From: an uncultured Chlamydiae bacterium
GTDB lineage: Bacteria; Chlamydiota; Chlamydiia; Chlamydiales; Parachlamydiaceae
Length of the DNA: 64,000 nt
Assembly: GCA_963830365.1 (NCBI GenBank)
Contig: CAWHMU010000021.1
Span: forward strand, 16,339 to 80,338
Direction: 5' to 3'
The notes under the pieces are model-generated. The model saw nothing but the letters and a program-made list of their open reading frames with translations. It was not told the origin of the DNA and ran no database searches. Position numbers and translations under genes: made by a program. How positions within the stretch are numbered: the first letter of the stretch is position 1; every line of letters begins with the position of its first letter. Shown here piece after piece: positions 9,331 to 19,601 of this stretch.

Positions 9331-10479
9331 ATGCAGGAAAACAAGGCCCCACTTTTACTTGCGCACTATAAGGCCAGCCATTCTTTTGAAGAGACATTGA
9401 ATAGCATCGAAACCTTCGTCGCCAAGCAAGACGGCAGCAACTTAAATATCTGCCTGGCGACCCCCTTTTCATTCATTGAGCCGCTAATACAGCATTTTGC
9501 TGATAAAAAAGTGACTGTCGGCGCCGAACACCTGCTCAGCGTGGCAGAGGGAAGTTTCACGGCCTCTATTGCCGGCAGCATGCTTACAGAGGCCGGCGCG
9601 CAATTTGTGCTTATCGGTTCAAATGATGAACGCCGCGACAGCAGTTTCCAGATAGCAGCGCTTAAAAGCAAGCTGCAGAGAGCTTTATCTGCCGGCTTAC
9701 GCCCCATCCTCTGCATCGGCGAGACCGAAGAAGAATTCCATAACGACGCCTCGCACACCGTTTTAACAAAGCAGCTGACTGAATCCTTAGCCGACATGCC
9801 GCCCGAAGAGCTTGCTAAGCTATCTCTGCTTTATGATGCCGCCTGGATCAATCGCATCCCATGGGAAGCGTCCAATCCAGCGTTGCAAAAGGCCTATAAA
9901 ACTTTTAACGACATCCTAGCCGCCACATTTACTCCAGAAGTTTTGCCCCATATTAAAGTCATGTATGCTGTCCCAACCTACAGCAGCGAGCTGCCCCAAG
10001 TCATCGCCGCCCTGCCGGCGGCCGGTTACTCACTAGGGGAACTAAATGCCGCTGGCCAGCTGAACATCGCTTCCCTGCCGCCAGTAGTCTATCAACCTGT
10101 GCCTGCCGCGACAATCCCCTCACCAACCGTCAGCCGGACACCGCCCATTGAAAGACCTACCGCCAAAGAAGAGCCGCCGGCAATGACCCTAGAGGAGGGC
10201 CTGCCGCCTGAGTCTGCCATCAGTGAAGATCCCATGCTGCCGGCTGATGAGCTGCCCGCTCCACCAAAAAAAGTAAGAAGAAGCAGAAAAAAAACGGCTG
10301 CCCCAACCCCTGAAGATGCCCCTGTCGAAACTGAAACCGCCAAAGAAGTGCTGCCGGCTGATAAGCTGCCCGCTCCACCAAAAAAAGTAAGAAGAAGCAG
10401 AAAAAAAACGGATGCGCCAACCACTGAAGATGCCCCTGCCGAAACTGAAACCGGTCAAGAGCTAGATAAAAACCCGTAA
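9331..10479 (+). CDS. Triosephosphate isomerase-like protein, predicted inactive, with Pro/Glu/Lys-rich tail
   Basis: TIM motifs recognisable (EGSFTASI, PILCIGET), but GHSERR reads GSNDERR, YEPVWAIG reads YDAAWINR and YGGS is lost. Confidence 0.85.
   Translation: MQENKAPLLLAHYKASHSFEETLNSIETFVAKQDGSNLNICLATPFSFIEPLIQHFADKKVTVGAEHLLSVAEGSFTASIAGSMLTEAGAQFVLIGSNDERRDSSFQIAALKSKLQRALSAGLRPILCIGETEEEFHNDASHTVLTKQLTESLADMPPEELAKLSLLYDAAWINRIPWEASNPALQKAYKTFNDILAATFTPEVLPHIKVMYAVPTYSSELPQVIAALPAAGYSLGELNAAGQLNIASLPPVVYQPVPAATIPSPTVSRTPPIERPTAKEEPPAMTLEEGLPPESAISEDPMLPADELPAPPKKVRRSRKKTAAPTPEDAPVETETAKEVLPADKLPAPPKKVRRSRKKTDAPTTEDAPAETETGQELDKNP
10237..10455 (+). repeat. 114-bp coding duplication (LPADxLPAPPKKVRRSRKKT...)
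   Basis: ctgccggctgat..ctgcccgctccaccaaaaaaagtaagaagaagcag at 10237 and 10351. Confidence 0.95.
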
Positions 10480-10753
10480 TTTTGCTTTAATTTTTAGGCT
10501 TATTCCGTTGCGACTTTGCACTTTTCCAAACAACAAGGCGTACAACATTTATTATCGTTGCGTTATACCGTGTTAGGTTGCCGCTTTGCGTTGAATCGAA
10601 TGCACAATCTTATGATCCAAAGACCATAGTTTTCCTGTTCTAGAAAGGTTCCATAATGATTTAAATACACAAATTTGCTAATGTTCTACTCTTCCCCCCC
10701 TGTTATGCCACATGAGGGCCGGATTAAACTGAATTGAAGATGCACTAAAGCCT

Positions 10754-11806
10754 ATGCCTAAAGATTCCGCCTTCAACGCCATCGATATTGAAACCCTGCC
10801 TTCACCGGCAACTCTAAGACAGCAGCTGCCTGCCACGCACCAGCAACTGGCATTCATAAGGGATGCGCGCTCACAAATCGCCCGCATCCTAAGCGGCCAA
10901 GACCCACGCCTGCTATTGATTGTCGGACCTTGCTCCATTCACGATCTGCCCTCAGCAAAGGAATATGCTCTCAGATTGCAAAGCCTAAACCAGCGCTTTG
11001 CCGGCACGTTTCTCATCGTCATGCGCACCTATTTTGAAAAACCGCGCACGGTGCGTGGCTGGAAAGGCATGCTCTATGACCCTCATCTGGATGGCACAAA
11101 TGATATGGCCTACGGCTTACGCCAGGCGCGCCAATTATTGCTCAGCCTTACCGATATGCAGATAGCTGCCGCCACGGAATTCTTAGATCCCGTCACTCCC
11201 CGCTACTTTGGAGACCTCATCTCATGGGCCTGCATCGGGGCGCGCACCGTCGAATCGCAAGTCCATCGCCAGCTGGCCTCAGGCCTCGCCATGCCGGTAG
11301 CTTTTAAAAACAGCACTTCAGGCAATATCGAAGTGGCCCTCAACAGCATCCTATCTGCCACCCTCCCTCATGCCTTTTTTGGCACCGACAATAGTGGCCA
11401 TATCGCCATCATGCGCACACAGGGCAATCCGCATGCCCACCTGGTCTTGCGCGGAGGGGAAAGCAAGCCCAACTACGATCCCCAGTCCATTGCCACCATC
11501 TTGGCACAGCTGGAGGAGGCAGCATTACCCCAACAGATCGTCGTCGACTGCTCCCATGACAACTCATGCCGCAACTATGAAGCACAAACGACCGTTTTCA
11601 AATCTGTCATCGAACAGCACTTGCAAGGCAACACCGCCATCCGCGGACTTGCGCTGGAAAGCCACCTCTTTGCCGGCAGCCAGCACCTTTCAGCCGATAA
11701 TTCCAAACTGCAATATGCTGTCTCGTTAACCGACCCCTGCCTGGATTGGGCTGCCACCGAAGCCCTGATCGGCTGGGCCGCCAGCCGGCTGGAAAACAAG
11801 GGTTAG
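10754..11806 (+). CDS. aroG: DAHP synthase, class I-alpha (AroF/G/H type)
   Basis: GPCSIHD, YFEKPRT, IGART, VDCSHDNS, SLTDPC; the isozyme cannot be assigned. Confidence 0.92.
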   Translation: MPKDSAFNAIDIETLPSPATLRQQLPATHQQLAFIRDARSQIARILSGQDPRLLLIVGPCSIHDLPSAKEYALRLQSLNQRFAGTFLIVMRTYFEKPRTVRGWKGMLYDPHLDGTNDMAYGLRQARQLLLSLTDMQIAAATEFLDPVTPRYFGDLISWACIGARTVESQVHRQLASGLAMPVAFKNSTSGNIEVALNSILSATLPHAFFGTDNSGHIAIMRTQGNPHAHLVLRGGESKPNYDPQSIATILAQLEEAALPQQIVVDCSHDNSCRNYEAQTTVFKSVIEQHLQGNTAIRGLALESHLFAGSQHLSADNSKLQYAVSLTDPCLDWAATEALIGWAASRLENKG

Positions 11807-11807
11807 C

Positions 11808-12329
11808 ATGAAAGTTAAACATGGCCTTATGACCCCCTTTTCATCATGGCTGCTGGCCCTTTTTATGCTGTCGGGATGCAGCCAGCCATTCCTCACGGTC
11901 CATACCGACTACCTAAGCCATGAAAACCTTGCCAGCTACCATGTCAGAACCCCTGATCCGCTGCTAAATCATCCTCCCATCGGTCAACGCCTGATTGTCA
12001 CCTGGTCCATCCCCAAAAATTACCTCGCCTTTGATGACCTGCATCTGGAAATCTCCATCCGCTTCCGCAATCGGGAACAACTGGTCGAAAATCTCAGCCT
12101 TTTAAAACGCAGCGGTACATATGTGTATGCCCTCTTAAATGAGGACTACACGGCCAAACGCGGCATCCTGACTTACAAAGTGAATTTAATCGGCAATGGC
12201 CAGCCGCTGGAAGAATGGCGCCATCAGATCTGGGCAGAATTAATCGTGATGGACCAAAGTTGTGCAGCGCCGCCTGAAGAACGCGGCAGTAGGGATTCTA
12301 TTTTAGAGAATGTCGATGAATTCGAATGA
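11808..12329 (+). CDS. Putative lipoprotein
   Basis: Hydrophobic signal ending in lipobox LSGC; starts 1 nt after the DAHP synthase stop. Confidence 0.75.
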   Translation: MKVKHGLMTPFSSWLLALFMLSGCSQPFLTVHTDYLSHENLASYHVRTPDPLLNHPPIGQRLIVTWSIPKNYLAFDDLHLEISIRFRNREQLVENLSLLKRSGTYVYALLNEDYTAKRGILTYKVNLIGNGQPLEEWRHQIWAELIVMDQSCAAPPEERGSRDSILENVDEFE

Positions 12330-12555
12330 TTCTCTAGCGAATTAATACCACGCGTTGTTAGCAAGTCCGACTTCTTTCAAATAGCAAACCTGTGCCAGAC
12401 ATTTTGAATTTTTACTCCACCCCAATTATGCAACTAAACCGTGAATATAAGCTTTTCAAATATTTAATATATTGTGCTATACAGAAATTAGCATCCTGTG
12501 GCGCTTCTTTTACCTAGGTTTATGCTTCTATACCCCTTAAATGAGGATTTAGGTA

Positions 12556-13734
12556 ATGATCATACAAGCAAACAAACCACGACCTCATCAATTGTGCTGG
12601 CTGATGGCCCTGCTGTTGTTTTTTACTCTGCCAGCTCAGGGCGTGGAAAACGCCTCAAAAGCAGATGAACAAGCCTTCTATGCCCTATCTTCCATGCGTT
12701 TCCATGTGCACGATATGGACACCAACAAGGAAATTTCTGTCCCAAGCATCACATTTGACGACGCCGAAGTAAATCATCTATGGGCCACGATAGCTAATAC
12801 CGCCCCGGCTTCTTATCAGACAGCGCTTGAGCTGGCAAAAAGTTATTACTACGCTGCCTTGGAAAAAAACACCTACAGTATAAGCGCGGCTAAACTTCTT
12901 GCCAAAACCGCGCATATTTTAGACCAGACATGGCAAGATCTAAGCATCCCACCGGCTTGCAAACATTCAGCCGCTCACCTCGCCTCGCGGCGCCTGCTAA
13001 AAGACTTCGATCATCATAATAAGAAGAAAATCAATCCCTATCTCTTGCCTGAAAATCATCCGATGACTGCCCCCTTAAATGCAATTTTCATGGTTTACCA
13101 AGTCCTTGATGACCTCAATACCTTTATCCAAGCCGGCTTTATCCCCTTATATTACAATGAGCCTTCAGCCTTCGTCGTGGCAAGACATCCCCTCCTTCCT
13201 GGATATATCGTCAAGGCTTATTTAGATTCCCAACAGCAGCTAAAGGATGATTTGACAGGCTTTGAAAAGCTGGCCGCCCGCTGCAAGGGTGCCGCCAACG
13301 TGCGGCATTTAATCACTAAGAAGAATCTGCACCATTTCAGCGTACCGGATAAATGGATCTATCCGCTAGCCAATCGGCAGCCCCCCCCTGTAACCAGCGC
13401 CAAAGCCGAGGAAAACATCTCTCGGGCCGACAGACAGACGATCATCCTGCTGGAAACCGATATGCAGCTGGTAAGCCATGCCGAGAGCCAATATGTATGG
13501 AAAAACATTGTCACGACGGAAATTCTTGATGAACTCTACTGCATTCTAAGCCACGGCTTTGCGTCCTGCAACCTCCCGCTGAATATCCCCTATACCATCA
13601 GCGGGAAATTCGCCTGCATCGATACCGAATACCCACAGAGAATCATGAAATATAGCGATATCCAGCCCTATCTCTCCGACGAAATGTATCACTACTGGAC
13701 CAAGCTGGTTAAAAACGGCGGCCCTTCCTCATAA
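12556..13734 (+). CDS. Secreted hypothetical protein, possible atypical kinase-like fold
   Basis: Signal-like N-terminus; GYIVKAY and GKFACIDTE motifs. Confidence 0.7.
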   Translation: MIIQANKPRPHQLCWLMALLLFFTLPAQGVENASKADEQAFYALSSMRFHVHDMDTNKEISVPSITFDDAEVNHLWATIANTAPASYQTALELAKSYYYAALEKNTYSISAAKLLAKTAHILDQTWQDLSIPPACKHSAAHLASRRLLKDFDHHNKKKINPYLLPENHPMTAPLNAIFMVYQVLDDLNTFIQAGFIPLYYNEPSAFVVARHPLLPGYIVKAYLDSQQQLKDDLTGFEKLAARCKGAANVRHLITKKNLHHFSVPDKWIYPLANRQPPPVTSAKAEENISRADRQTIILLETDMQLVSHAESQYVWKNIVTTEILDELYCILSHGFASCNLPLNIPYTISGKFACIDTEYPQRIMKYSDIQPYLSDEMYHYWTKLVKNGGPSS

Positions 13735-13769
13735 ATTGATCAAGGGGAGCGGAATTAGGATACTGGTCC

Positions 13770-13982
13770 AATTTCGTCCAAAAAGAAAAAAGCGGAACCC
13801 ATCCGGAGTTAACCTCGTAGCGATTGCATTCAGCAGTTGTGGATGATCTATGCTGCTGCTCGCAAGCCCTGGCTGCGGACTACATAATGAGGCGGAGCGG
13901 AAGCTGAGCCGCAGGTATACAAATATGAACGCCTCATCATAAACCCCGCATGGGGTTCCCTTTTTTTATTTTGGTCGAAATT
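13770..13982. repeat. MITE-like element with ~40-bp imperfect terminal inverted repeats
   Basis: aatttcgtccaaaaagaaaaaagcggaacccatccggagtt versus aaccccgcatggggttccctttttttattttggtcgaaatt. Confidence 0.65.
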
Positions 13983-14027
13983 AAGCCCTCATCAGGAATT
14001 AAACCCTCAATAAGGACTCTATGGGCT

Positions 14028-14441
14028 TTATTTCGCCGTTGACGAATCCTTTGGAATTTCCTTCTTGGTAACGTCCATCACGATTTTAGTGATTCTGTCC
14101 TGCCCGCCTATATTTGTCACCGAGAGGATTGAACGGTCAGTGTAGCTGAATCGTTTGCCATCCATATTCTGTGTCACTGTTAACTCATATTGACCGGCTT
14201 TAATATTTAAGTGGTCAACATGGATGGTATTTACAAGATCAAAATATTTCCTTTTAAAGGACTCCATGACATCTTTTATGCCCTTGGCAGTCCAATCCGT
14301 TTTTCCGTTGGTGGCGTGAATGTATTCAACATCTCTTCCTAATAGTTTTTTGAATTCAGACGGTTTCTGGGCCCAAATGGCTGTAAGATAGCGCATCACC
14401 ATATGTGTGCCAGCAGTTTCTGTCGAAAAGGTCATCATCAA
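14028..14441 (-). CDS. Hypothetical protein (possibly NTF2/SnoaL-like)
   Basis: AAGGAG RBS, 137-aa ORF; the fold guess is weak. Confidence 0.65.
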   Translation of the reverse strand: MMMTFSTETAGTHMVMRYLTAIWAQKPSEFKKLLGRDVEYIHATNGKTDWTAKGIKDVMESFKRKYFDLVNTIHVDHLNIKAGQYELTVTQNMDGKRFSYTDRSILSVTNIGGQDRITKIVMDVTKKEIPKDSSTAK

Positions 14442-14570
14442 CTCCTTGGTATGTATTCGGTTTTAAGGGAATTACGTCGTAACATTTTATCATTGTAGAG
14501 TCAAGACTATCACATAATAATAATTTGTACTGGTCGATGATTCTTCCTGATCAGCCTTCTGTTTTCTCTT

Positions 14571-15347
14571 TCACATGCCGAGACCGCGCCTGGCCGGCAG
14601 CTTGTCTGCCAGCTGCTGGCTGGGGGATTCTTTAAGATGGATGCCAGAAAGTTTCAAACGCAGGCTTTCGGTGATGAGGAACAGCAGTTTCTCGGCCGCG
14701 ATCGCATAAGACAGCCCTTCGGGCGGATGCACATTGGAAATGCAGTTGCGCTCGGCATCGCTGTGGCCGGCTTTGGGGTGGTATGTAAGATAGATGCCTA
14801 GGCTGTTGACTGAGGTTAGGCCTGGCCGTTCACCAACCAGGATCACGCTGAGTTTAGCGCCGAGAGTTTCGCCGATATCATCGCTCAAAGCTACCCTTCC
14901 ATAAGGTGCCAGGACGATAGTATATTTAAAATCCGGCAATATGGCCTGCAGCATAGGTTTTAGAACCTTCCAAAACGGGATAGCGTGGGCGTTGATGGCC
15001 GGCACGGAAAGTCCGTCCGTGATGATGAATACAATGTCTGTCTGATGCCGCTGACTGTATTTGCTTACTTTAGCGCGGCTGTCGCTAGTTAGGATCCGGC
15101 CAAGGGTGGGGAATTTCAGATATTGCTCTCTGATGCTGACGGCGGTTTTTACATGGATCGGCTTTTCTCCCGCCGCTATCAATTTTTCTTCAAACTGCGC
15201 CACCTCCCAGACTTCTTGTACGGCATCGCGCGCCAAAGCGTGCGCGAGCTGAAAGTCCAACCAGTCGTTGGTGGATAGAGAATGTCCGCTACGCTGCAGT
15301 CCGATGCGCGCTTGTGTATGTTCTTTAAGCTGACCCCAAAGGTTCAT
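14571..15347 (-). CDS. eutC: Ethanolamine ammonia-lyase small subunit
   Basis: ARIGLQRSG, FQLAHALARDAV, GERPGL, DAERNCISN. Confidence 0.95.
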   Translation of the reverse strand: MNLWGQLKEHTQARIGLQRSGHSLSTNDWLDFQLAHALARDAVQEVWEVAQFEEKLIAAGEKPIHVKTAVSIREQYLKFPTLGRILTSDSRAKVSKYSQRHQTDIVFIITDGLSVPAINAHAIPFWKVLKPMLQAILPDFKYTIVLAPYGRVALSDDIGETLGAKLSVILVGERPGLTSVNSLGIYLTYHPKAGHSDAERNCISNVHPPEGLSYAIAAEKLLFLITESLRLKLSGIHLKESPSQQLADKLPARRGLGM

Positions 15348-15350
15348 CAG

Positions 15351-16754
15351 TCATTCCTCACCGGAAATATGTGTCAGCAGCTTCATGGTTGAATTCCCCT
15401 TGATGCGGCCAGTGGCATGCAATTGCAGCTTGTCTGCATTCCATAGCCCCGCCTGCTCAAGCCAAGCCTCAAATTCCGGCGCCGGCCTCAAACCTAAAAT
15501 TTTGCGTATATAGAGGGCATCGTGGAACGAGGTGCTTTGATAGCTCAGCATGATATCATCAGCGCCTGGCACACCCATGATATACGAACAGCCGGCCGCC
15601 GCCAGCAGGGTAAGCAGCGCGTCCATGTCATCCTGGTCGGCATCGGCATGATTCGTATAGCAGGCATCACAGCCCATGGGCAGACCCATGATCTTGGCGC
15701 AAAAATGGTCTTCCAGTCCGGCCCGCATAATCTGTTTTCCATTATACAGGTATTCAGGGCCGATAAATCCGACCACGCTATTGATAAGAAACGGATCAAA
15801 ATGCCGCGCGACAGCATAGCTGCGCGTTTCGGCAGTCTGCGCGTCCATGCCATGGTGGGCGTTGGCAGATAAGGCCGCCCCTTGTCCCGTCTCAAAATAC
15901 ATGACCTGATTTCCCACCGTGCCACGGCTTAATGCGCGCGCCTTTTGATTGGCTTCTGCCAGCAGGGAAAGCGATATGCCAAAGCTCTTGTTGGCTTGTT
16001 CAGTCCCTCCAATCGATTGGAAGACAAGGTCGATGGGGGCGCCTTTGTCGATGCACTGCAGCGTGGTGGTGAGATGGGCCAGCACGCAGGATTGAGTGGG
16101 GACAGCCAGTTGACTTCTGATCTCGTCCATCATTTTCAGCATCATGATGACGTGCTCAGGATTATCTGTGGATGGGTTAATGCCGATAACGGCATCGCCA
16201 CTGCCTAAAAGCAAGCCGTCCATGATGCTGGCGAAAATCCCCTTCGGATCATCAGTCGGGTGGTTTGGTTGCAGACGAGTGGAAAAATGCCCCTCCAATC
16301 CTATGGTAGTCCTAAAGCGGGTGATAATGCGGCATTTCTTGGCGACGGTGATCAGGTCTTGGATGCGCATTAATTTAGAGACGGCAGCCGCCATTTCGGG
16401 GGTGATGCCGAATTTCACTTTGGCGAGCACATTGGCTGTCGTTTTGTAGCTTAGCAGCCATTCTCTAAATTCACCGACGGTCTGGTGAGAAATCGACTCA
16501 AAAGCCTCTTTGTCATGCGTGTCGATGATAAGGCGGGTGACTTCGTCCTGTTCGTACGGCACAAAAGCTTCATTCAAAAAGGCTTTGAGCGGCACATCGG
16601 CCAGAGTTCTTTGAGCGGCAACCCTTTCGAGTTCATTTGCGGCGGCGATGCCGGCGAGATGGTCTGCCGAACGGTCGGGAGAGGCTTTTGCCAGCAGCGT
16701 CTTCAAATCCCGGAAGGAAAACTTTTTTTTCTGAAGGGTTATTTGGTACGGCAT
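15351..16754 (-). CDS. eutB: Ethanolamine ammonia-lyase large subunit
   Basis: RLQPNHPTDD, MYFETGQG, GFIGPEYL, LEDHFCAK, CYTNH. Confidence 0.97.
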   Translation of the reverse strand: MPYQITLQKKKFSFRDLKTLLAKASPDRSADHLAGIAAANELERVAAQRTLADVPLKAFLNEAFVPYEQDEVTRLIIDTHDKEAFESISHQTVGEFREWLLSYKTTANVLAKVKFGITPEMAAAVSKLMRIQDLITVAKKCRIITRFRTTIGLEGHFSTRLQPNHPTDDPKGIFASIMDGLLLGSGDAVIGINPSTDNPEHVIMMLKMMDEIRSQLAVPTQSCVLAHLTTTLQCIDKGAPIDLVFQSIGGTEQANKSFGISLSLLAEANQKARALSRGTVGNQVMYFETGQGAALSANAHHGMDAQTAETRSYAVARHFDPFLINSVVGFIGPEYLYNGKQIMRAGLEDHFCAKIMGLPMGCDACYTNHADADQDDMDALLTLLAAAGCSYIMGVPGADDIMLSYQSTSFHDALYIRKILGLRPAPEFEAWLEQAGLWNADKLQLHATGRIKGNSTMKLLTHISGEE

Positions 16755-17140
16755 AACTTATCGTCGCAATTACGGTAGATTAATATTTATTCTTACCAAT
16801 CTTTGCCATTATACCCCAGAAAAAACAAAAACGCTAATCCGGTGACGCCCAAAAACTAATCACATCCTGCGTCGTCGCGTTTCCTCCCCGTCTCTGCGTT
16901 GTATGTTCCAGAAAACAACACCGCCAGAAAACTTGCATCATTGTACCTTGTCAAAGTTCTGTGAATCCGATTCCAACTAAGAGGCGGGAAGGAAAAACGA
17001 TGCAGGGCACCAACAAGGTTTGAGCCCGAACCGAATAATCCTGATATATATTTCCATTTTGATGGACCACTTCTCAATTTTGTTTGATTTATTTTGAAAT
17101 ACAAAATAGCTTCATTGCGAAACAACCTCTGGAGGTCATC

Positions 17141-18646
17141 ATGACAGCACCATCTAATGCCATACGCGTTAGCGATACCCAATTTGCTCAAGCCGTTCAG
17201 CTTCTCGGCCAGTTTGTAGCCATTCCTTCCGTCAGCCACCCTAACAGTCCTTACTATAATCCAAAAACCCTTGCCCAGGCAGCAACCTTCGCTGGCGCGC
17301 AGCTAGAAAAACTTGGTTTTACCGTCTCTTATCCCTGTATAGATAAATCGGCACCCTTTGTGATTGCCGAACTCATCACCGATGCTACCAAGCCGACTTT
17401 ATTGCTCTATGCACATTATGACGTGCAACCGGTGGACCTTTCAAAATGGAATACCAAGCCGTTTGTGATGACGGAACGCGACGGGCGCCTGTATGGACGT
17501 GGCGCCAGCGACGACAAGGCAGGTGTCATCGGTATCATTACAGCCTTAGCTGCTTGCAAAGCAGCTGAAGTGGCACTGCCTAATATCAAAATTCTGTTCG
17601 AAGGCGAAGAGGAATATGGCTCTTCGCATATGGATGCTTTATTGAAGAAGGAAGCTAAACGTCTGGACGCCCAAGCCTTGATCGTGCTGGATGGTTTGAA
17701 TAAAGATGTAGCTACAGGCACATTAACCAGCTCCACGCGCGGTTTAATCAATCTCGAATTAGAGGTCAATGCACTCAAGAAACCTGTACATAGCGGTATC
17801 GGATGCCTGGTGTCTGATCCGGCGCAAGTGCTGACAGATCTGATCCACTCGCTGCGTCAGCCTCAGAACATCCCAGGCTTTATGGACGGATGCGACAAAT
17901 TAAGTAAAGAGGAGCGCAGGATTTTAAAGGATGGTTCTGTCAGCGCAGAGCAATACGCCAAAGATATGGGCATAGTGCCCGGCGGCAAATTGAGAGGCAA
18001 TGCCAATGCATCTGTCTATGAACGCATTCTGAGTGAACCCAGCCTTAGCGTCGTCAATATGACATGCGGACAACCCAATGGCGGCAACTCCATCCAGGAT
18101 ACCGCCCGATGCACCATCGGCGTGCGCATCCTGCCCGGGCAGGATCCTGACCAGATAGCGGAAGCCGTGATGTCATATCTAAAAAAGCAGAAGGTCGATA
18201 CCAATGTACAAGTACATGTAAATCAGTCCAGCAAAGGATCGTGGGCATGGAAAGCCGATTTGACGGCCAAGTTTTCAAGCCTCTACTTCGAAGCTTTAAA
18301 GGCCAACTTTCCCAAAACATGTGCCATGCCATGCGGTGGCACGCTGCCCCTATTGCGCGAGTTCCAAGAAGCATTTCCCAAAATGGAAATGCTCATACCC
18401 GCCGTAGAAGATCCCAAAACCGATGCCCATAGCCATAATGAATCACAGGATATCGCCGTCTTTAGGCGATCTATCAATAGTTTGATCCATTTCCTGGATC
18501 AAAGCGGCAAAATGAAGGTTTCTGCGGCAAAAGACGCAAAGGCGGATGCCGCTAGCCCTGATGCATTCCAAGGCGTTGGCATCTTTAGAAGAGCGATGAA
18601 CTGCCTAAGCTCTTGTTTGCGTTGTCCAGGCAGCAAGACGGCTTGA
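17141..18646 (+). CDS. M20 family metallopeptidase/dipeptidase
   Basis: YAHYDVQP, GRGASDDK, EGEEE, AHSHNE; start at ATG 17141 after GGAGG. Confidence 0.92.
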   Translation: MTAPSNAIRVSDTQFAQAVQLLGQFVAIPSVSHPNSPYYNPKTLAQAATFAGAQLEKLGFTVSYPCIDKSAPFVIAELITDATKPTLLLYAHYDVQPVDLSKWNTKPFVMTERDGRLYGRGASDDKAGVIGIITALAACKAAEVALPNIKILFEGEEEYGSSHMDALLKKEAKRLDAQALIVLDGLNKDVATGTLTSSTRGLINLELEVNALKKPVHSGIGCLVSDPAQVLTDLIHSLRQPQNIPGFMDGCDKLSKEERRILKDGSVSAEQYAKDMGIVPGGKLRGNANASVYERILSEPSLSVVNMTCGQPNGGNSIQDTARCTIGVRILPGQDPDQIAEAVMSYLKKQKVDTNVQVHVNQSSKGSWAWKADLTAKFSSLYFEALKANFPKTCAMPCGGTLPLLREFQEAFPKMEMLIPAVEDPKTDAHSHNESQDIAVFRRSINSLIHFLDQSGKMKVSAAKDAKADAASPDAFQGVGIFRRAMNCLSSCLRCPGSKTA

Positions 18647-18685
18647 AATAACAAGCCGTCGAAGCATACGGATATTTTATCCACT

Positions 18686-18711
18686 CCTCGGATTGTCTCA
18701 GCAATCCGAGG
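18686..18711 (+). terminator. Hairpin after the M20 gene, possible terminator
   Basis: cctcggattg-tctcag-caatccgagg; no U tract. Confidence 0.4.
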
Positions 18712-18932
18712 GGCTATCTCACCGCTACAGTGTCTTAATTATGTTCAATCTTCTCTGTGTCACCGCGTCTCTGTGTTGAATTTTCTAGAAAGCAGCACTG
18801 CCAGACAACTTGAATCATTATCCGTTGTAATAGTCTGTTAATTCATTTCAACGCAGAGACACGACCATACAGTGAGCTACAAAACCCATTGTGAAGGAAG
18901 TATGTAAAACCCTGTTAACCTGATGTGAATGG

Positions 18933-19598
18933 CTATTTCAGACGGATGACGGCCGTGCCGGTGCCTAATGAGGCGAAGTTGATGACAGGGTACCCCATTT
19001 GCTGGATCAGGACAGCCGTTTGCGCACATGGCCGGCCGGGGCCGGCATCGTGCAAAATGATGGTTCCCTCAGGCGACATATAGGGAAGATAATCCAGGAA
19101 ATCCTGCAAGGCCCCTTTGGTTGAACGGTCGGCATCGATATGCAAGTAGTCGATTTGCCACCCTTTGGCCTGTGCTTTAGCCACATTGGCGGTAGTATCC
19201 ATGATGATTTCGATTTCAGGATAATGTTCCCGGAAAAAGGCGCCTTTTTTCAACCACAGGGGCCTGCCCCATTGTCCTGTATTGCCATCGACCAATATCG
19301 TTTTGGCATTGGCCAGCTGCAGATCCCGCTGCGCCTGGCGCAAAACGCGCGGCACAAAACCATCGCCCGAGCCCAAACATACGCATAACTGTGCCTTGGC
19401 AGTATATACCAAGGCATAATACAGCATCCCCGCCCCCAGATCCTCTCCATGCGCGGCATGCAGCTTGCACCAATAAGCCTCGCAGGTGAGGTTATCCTTG
19501 ATAAAGGCGGGATTAATCAGCCTGTTTTCGTCGGCATACAATCCCATTATATGTATTCCAAGAGATACGCATGCCAGCCATATAAACACTATACGCAT
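18933..19598 (-). CDS. Class I SAM-dependent methyltransferase (Methyltransf_24-like)
   Basis: CLGSGDG, IDYLHIDAD, GTIILHD. Confidence 0.8.
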   Translation of the reverse strand: MRIVFIWLACVSLGIHIMGLYADENRLINPAFIKDNLTCEAYWCKLHAAHGEDLGAGMLYYALVYTAKAQLCVCLGSGDGFVPRVLRQAQRDLQLANAKTILVDGNTGQWGRPLWLKKGAFFREHYPEIEIIMDTTANVAKAQAKGWQIDYLHIDADRSTKGALQDFLDYLPYMSPEGTIILHDAGPGRPCAQTAVLIQQMGYPVINFASLGTGTAVIRLK

Positions 19599-19601
19599 GG
19601 A

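Noticed and set aside
13798..13822. Resemblance of cccatccggagttaacctcgtagcg to the 3' end of the c-di-AMP (ydaO) riboswitch
   Set aside because: Central conserved segments are absent, no gene follows on that strand, and most of the match lies in a terminal inverted repeat; cmscan would settle it
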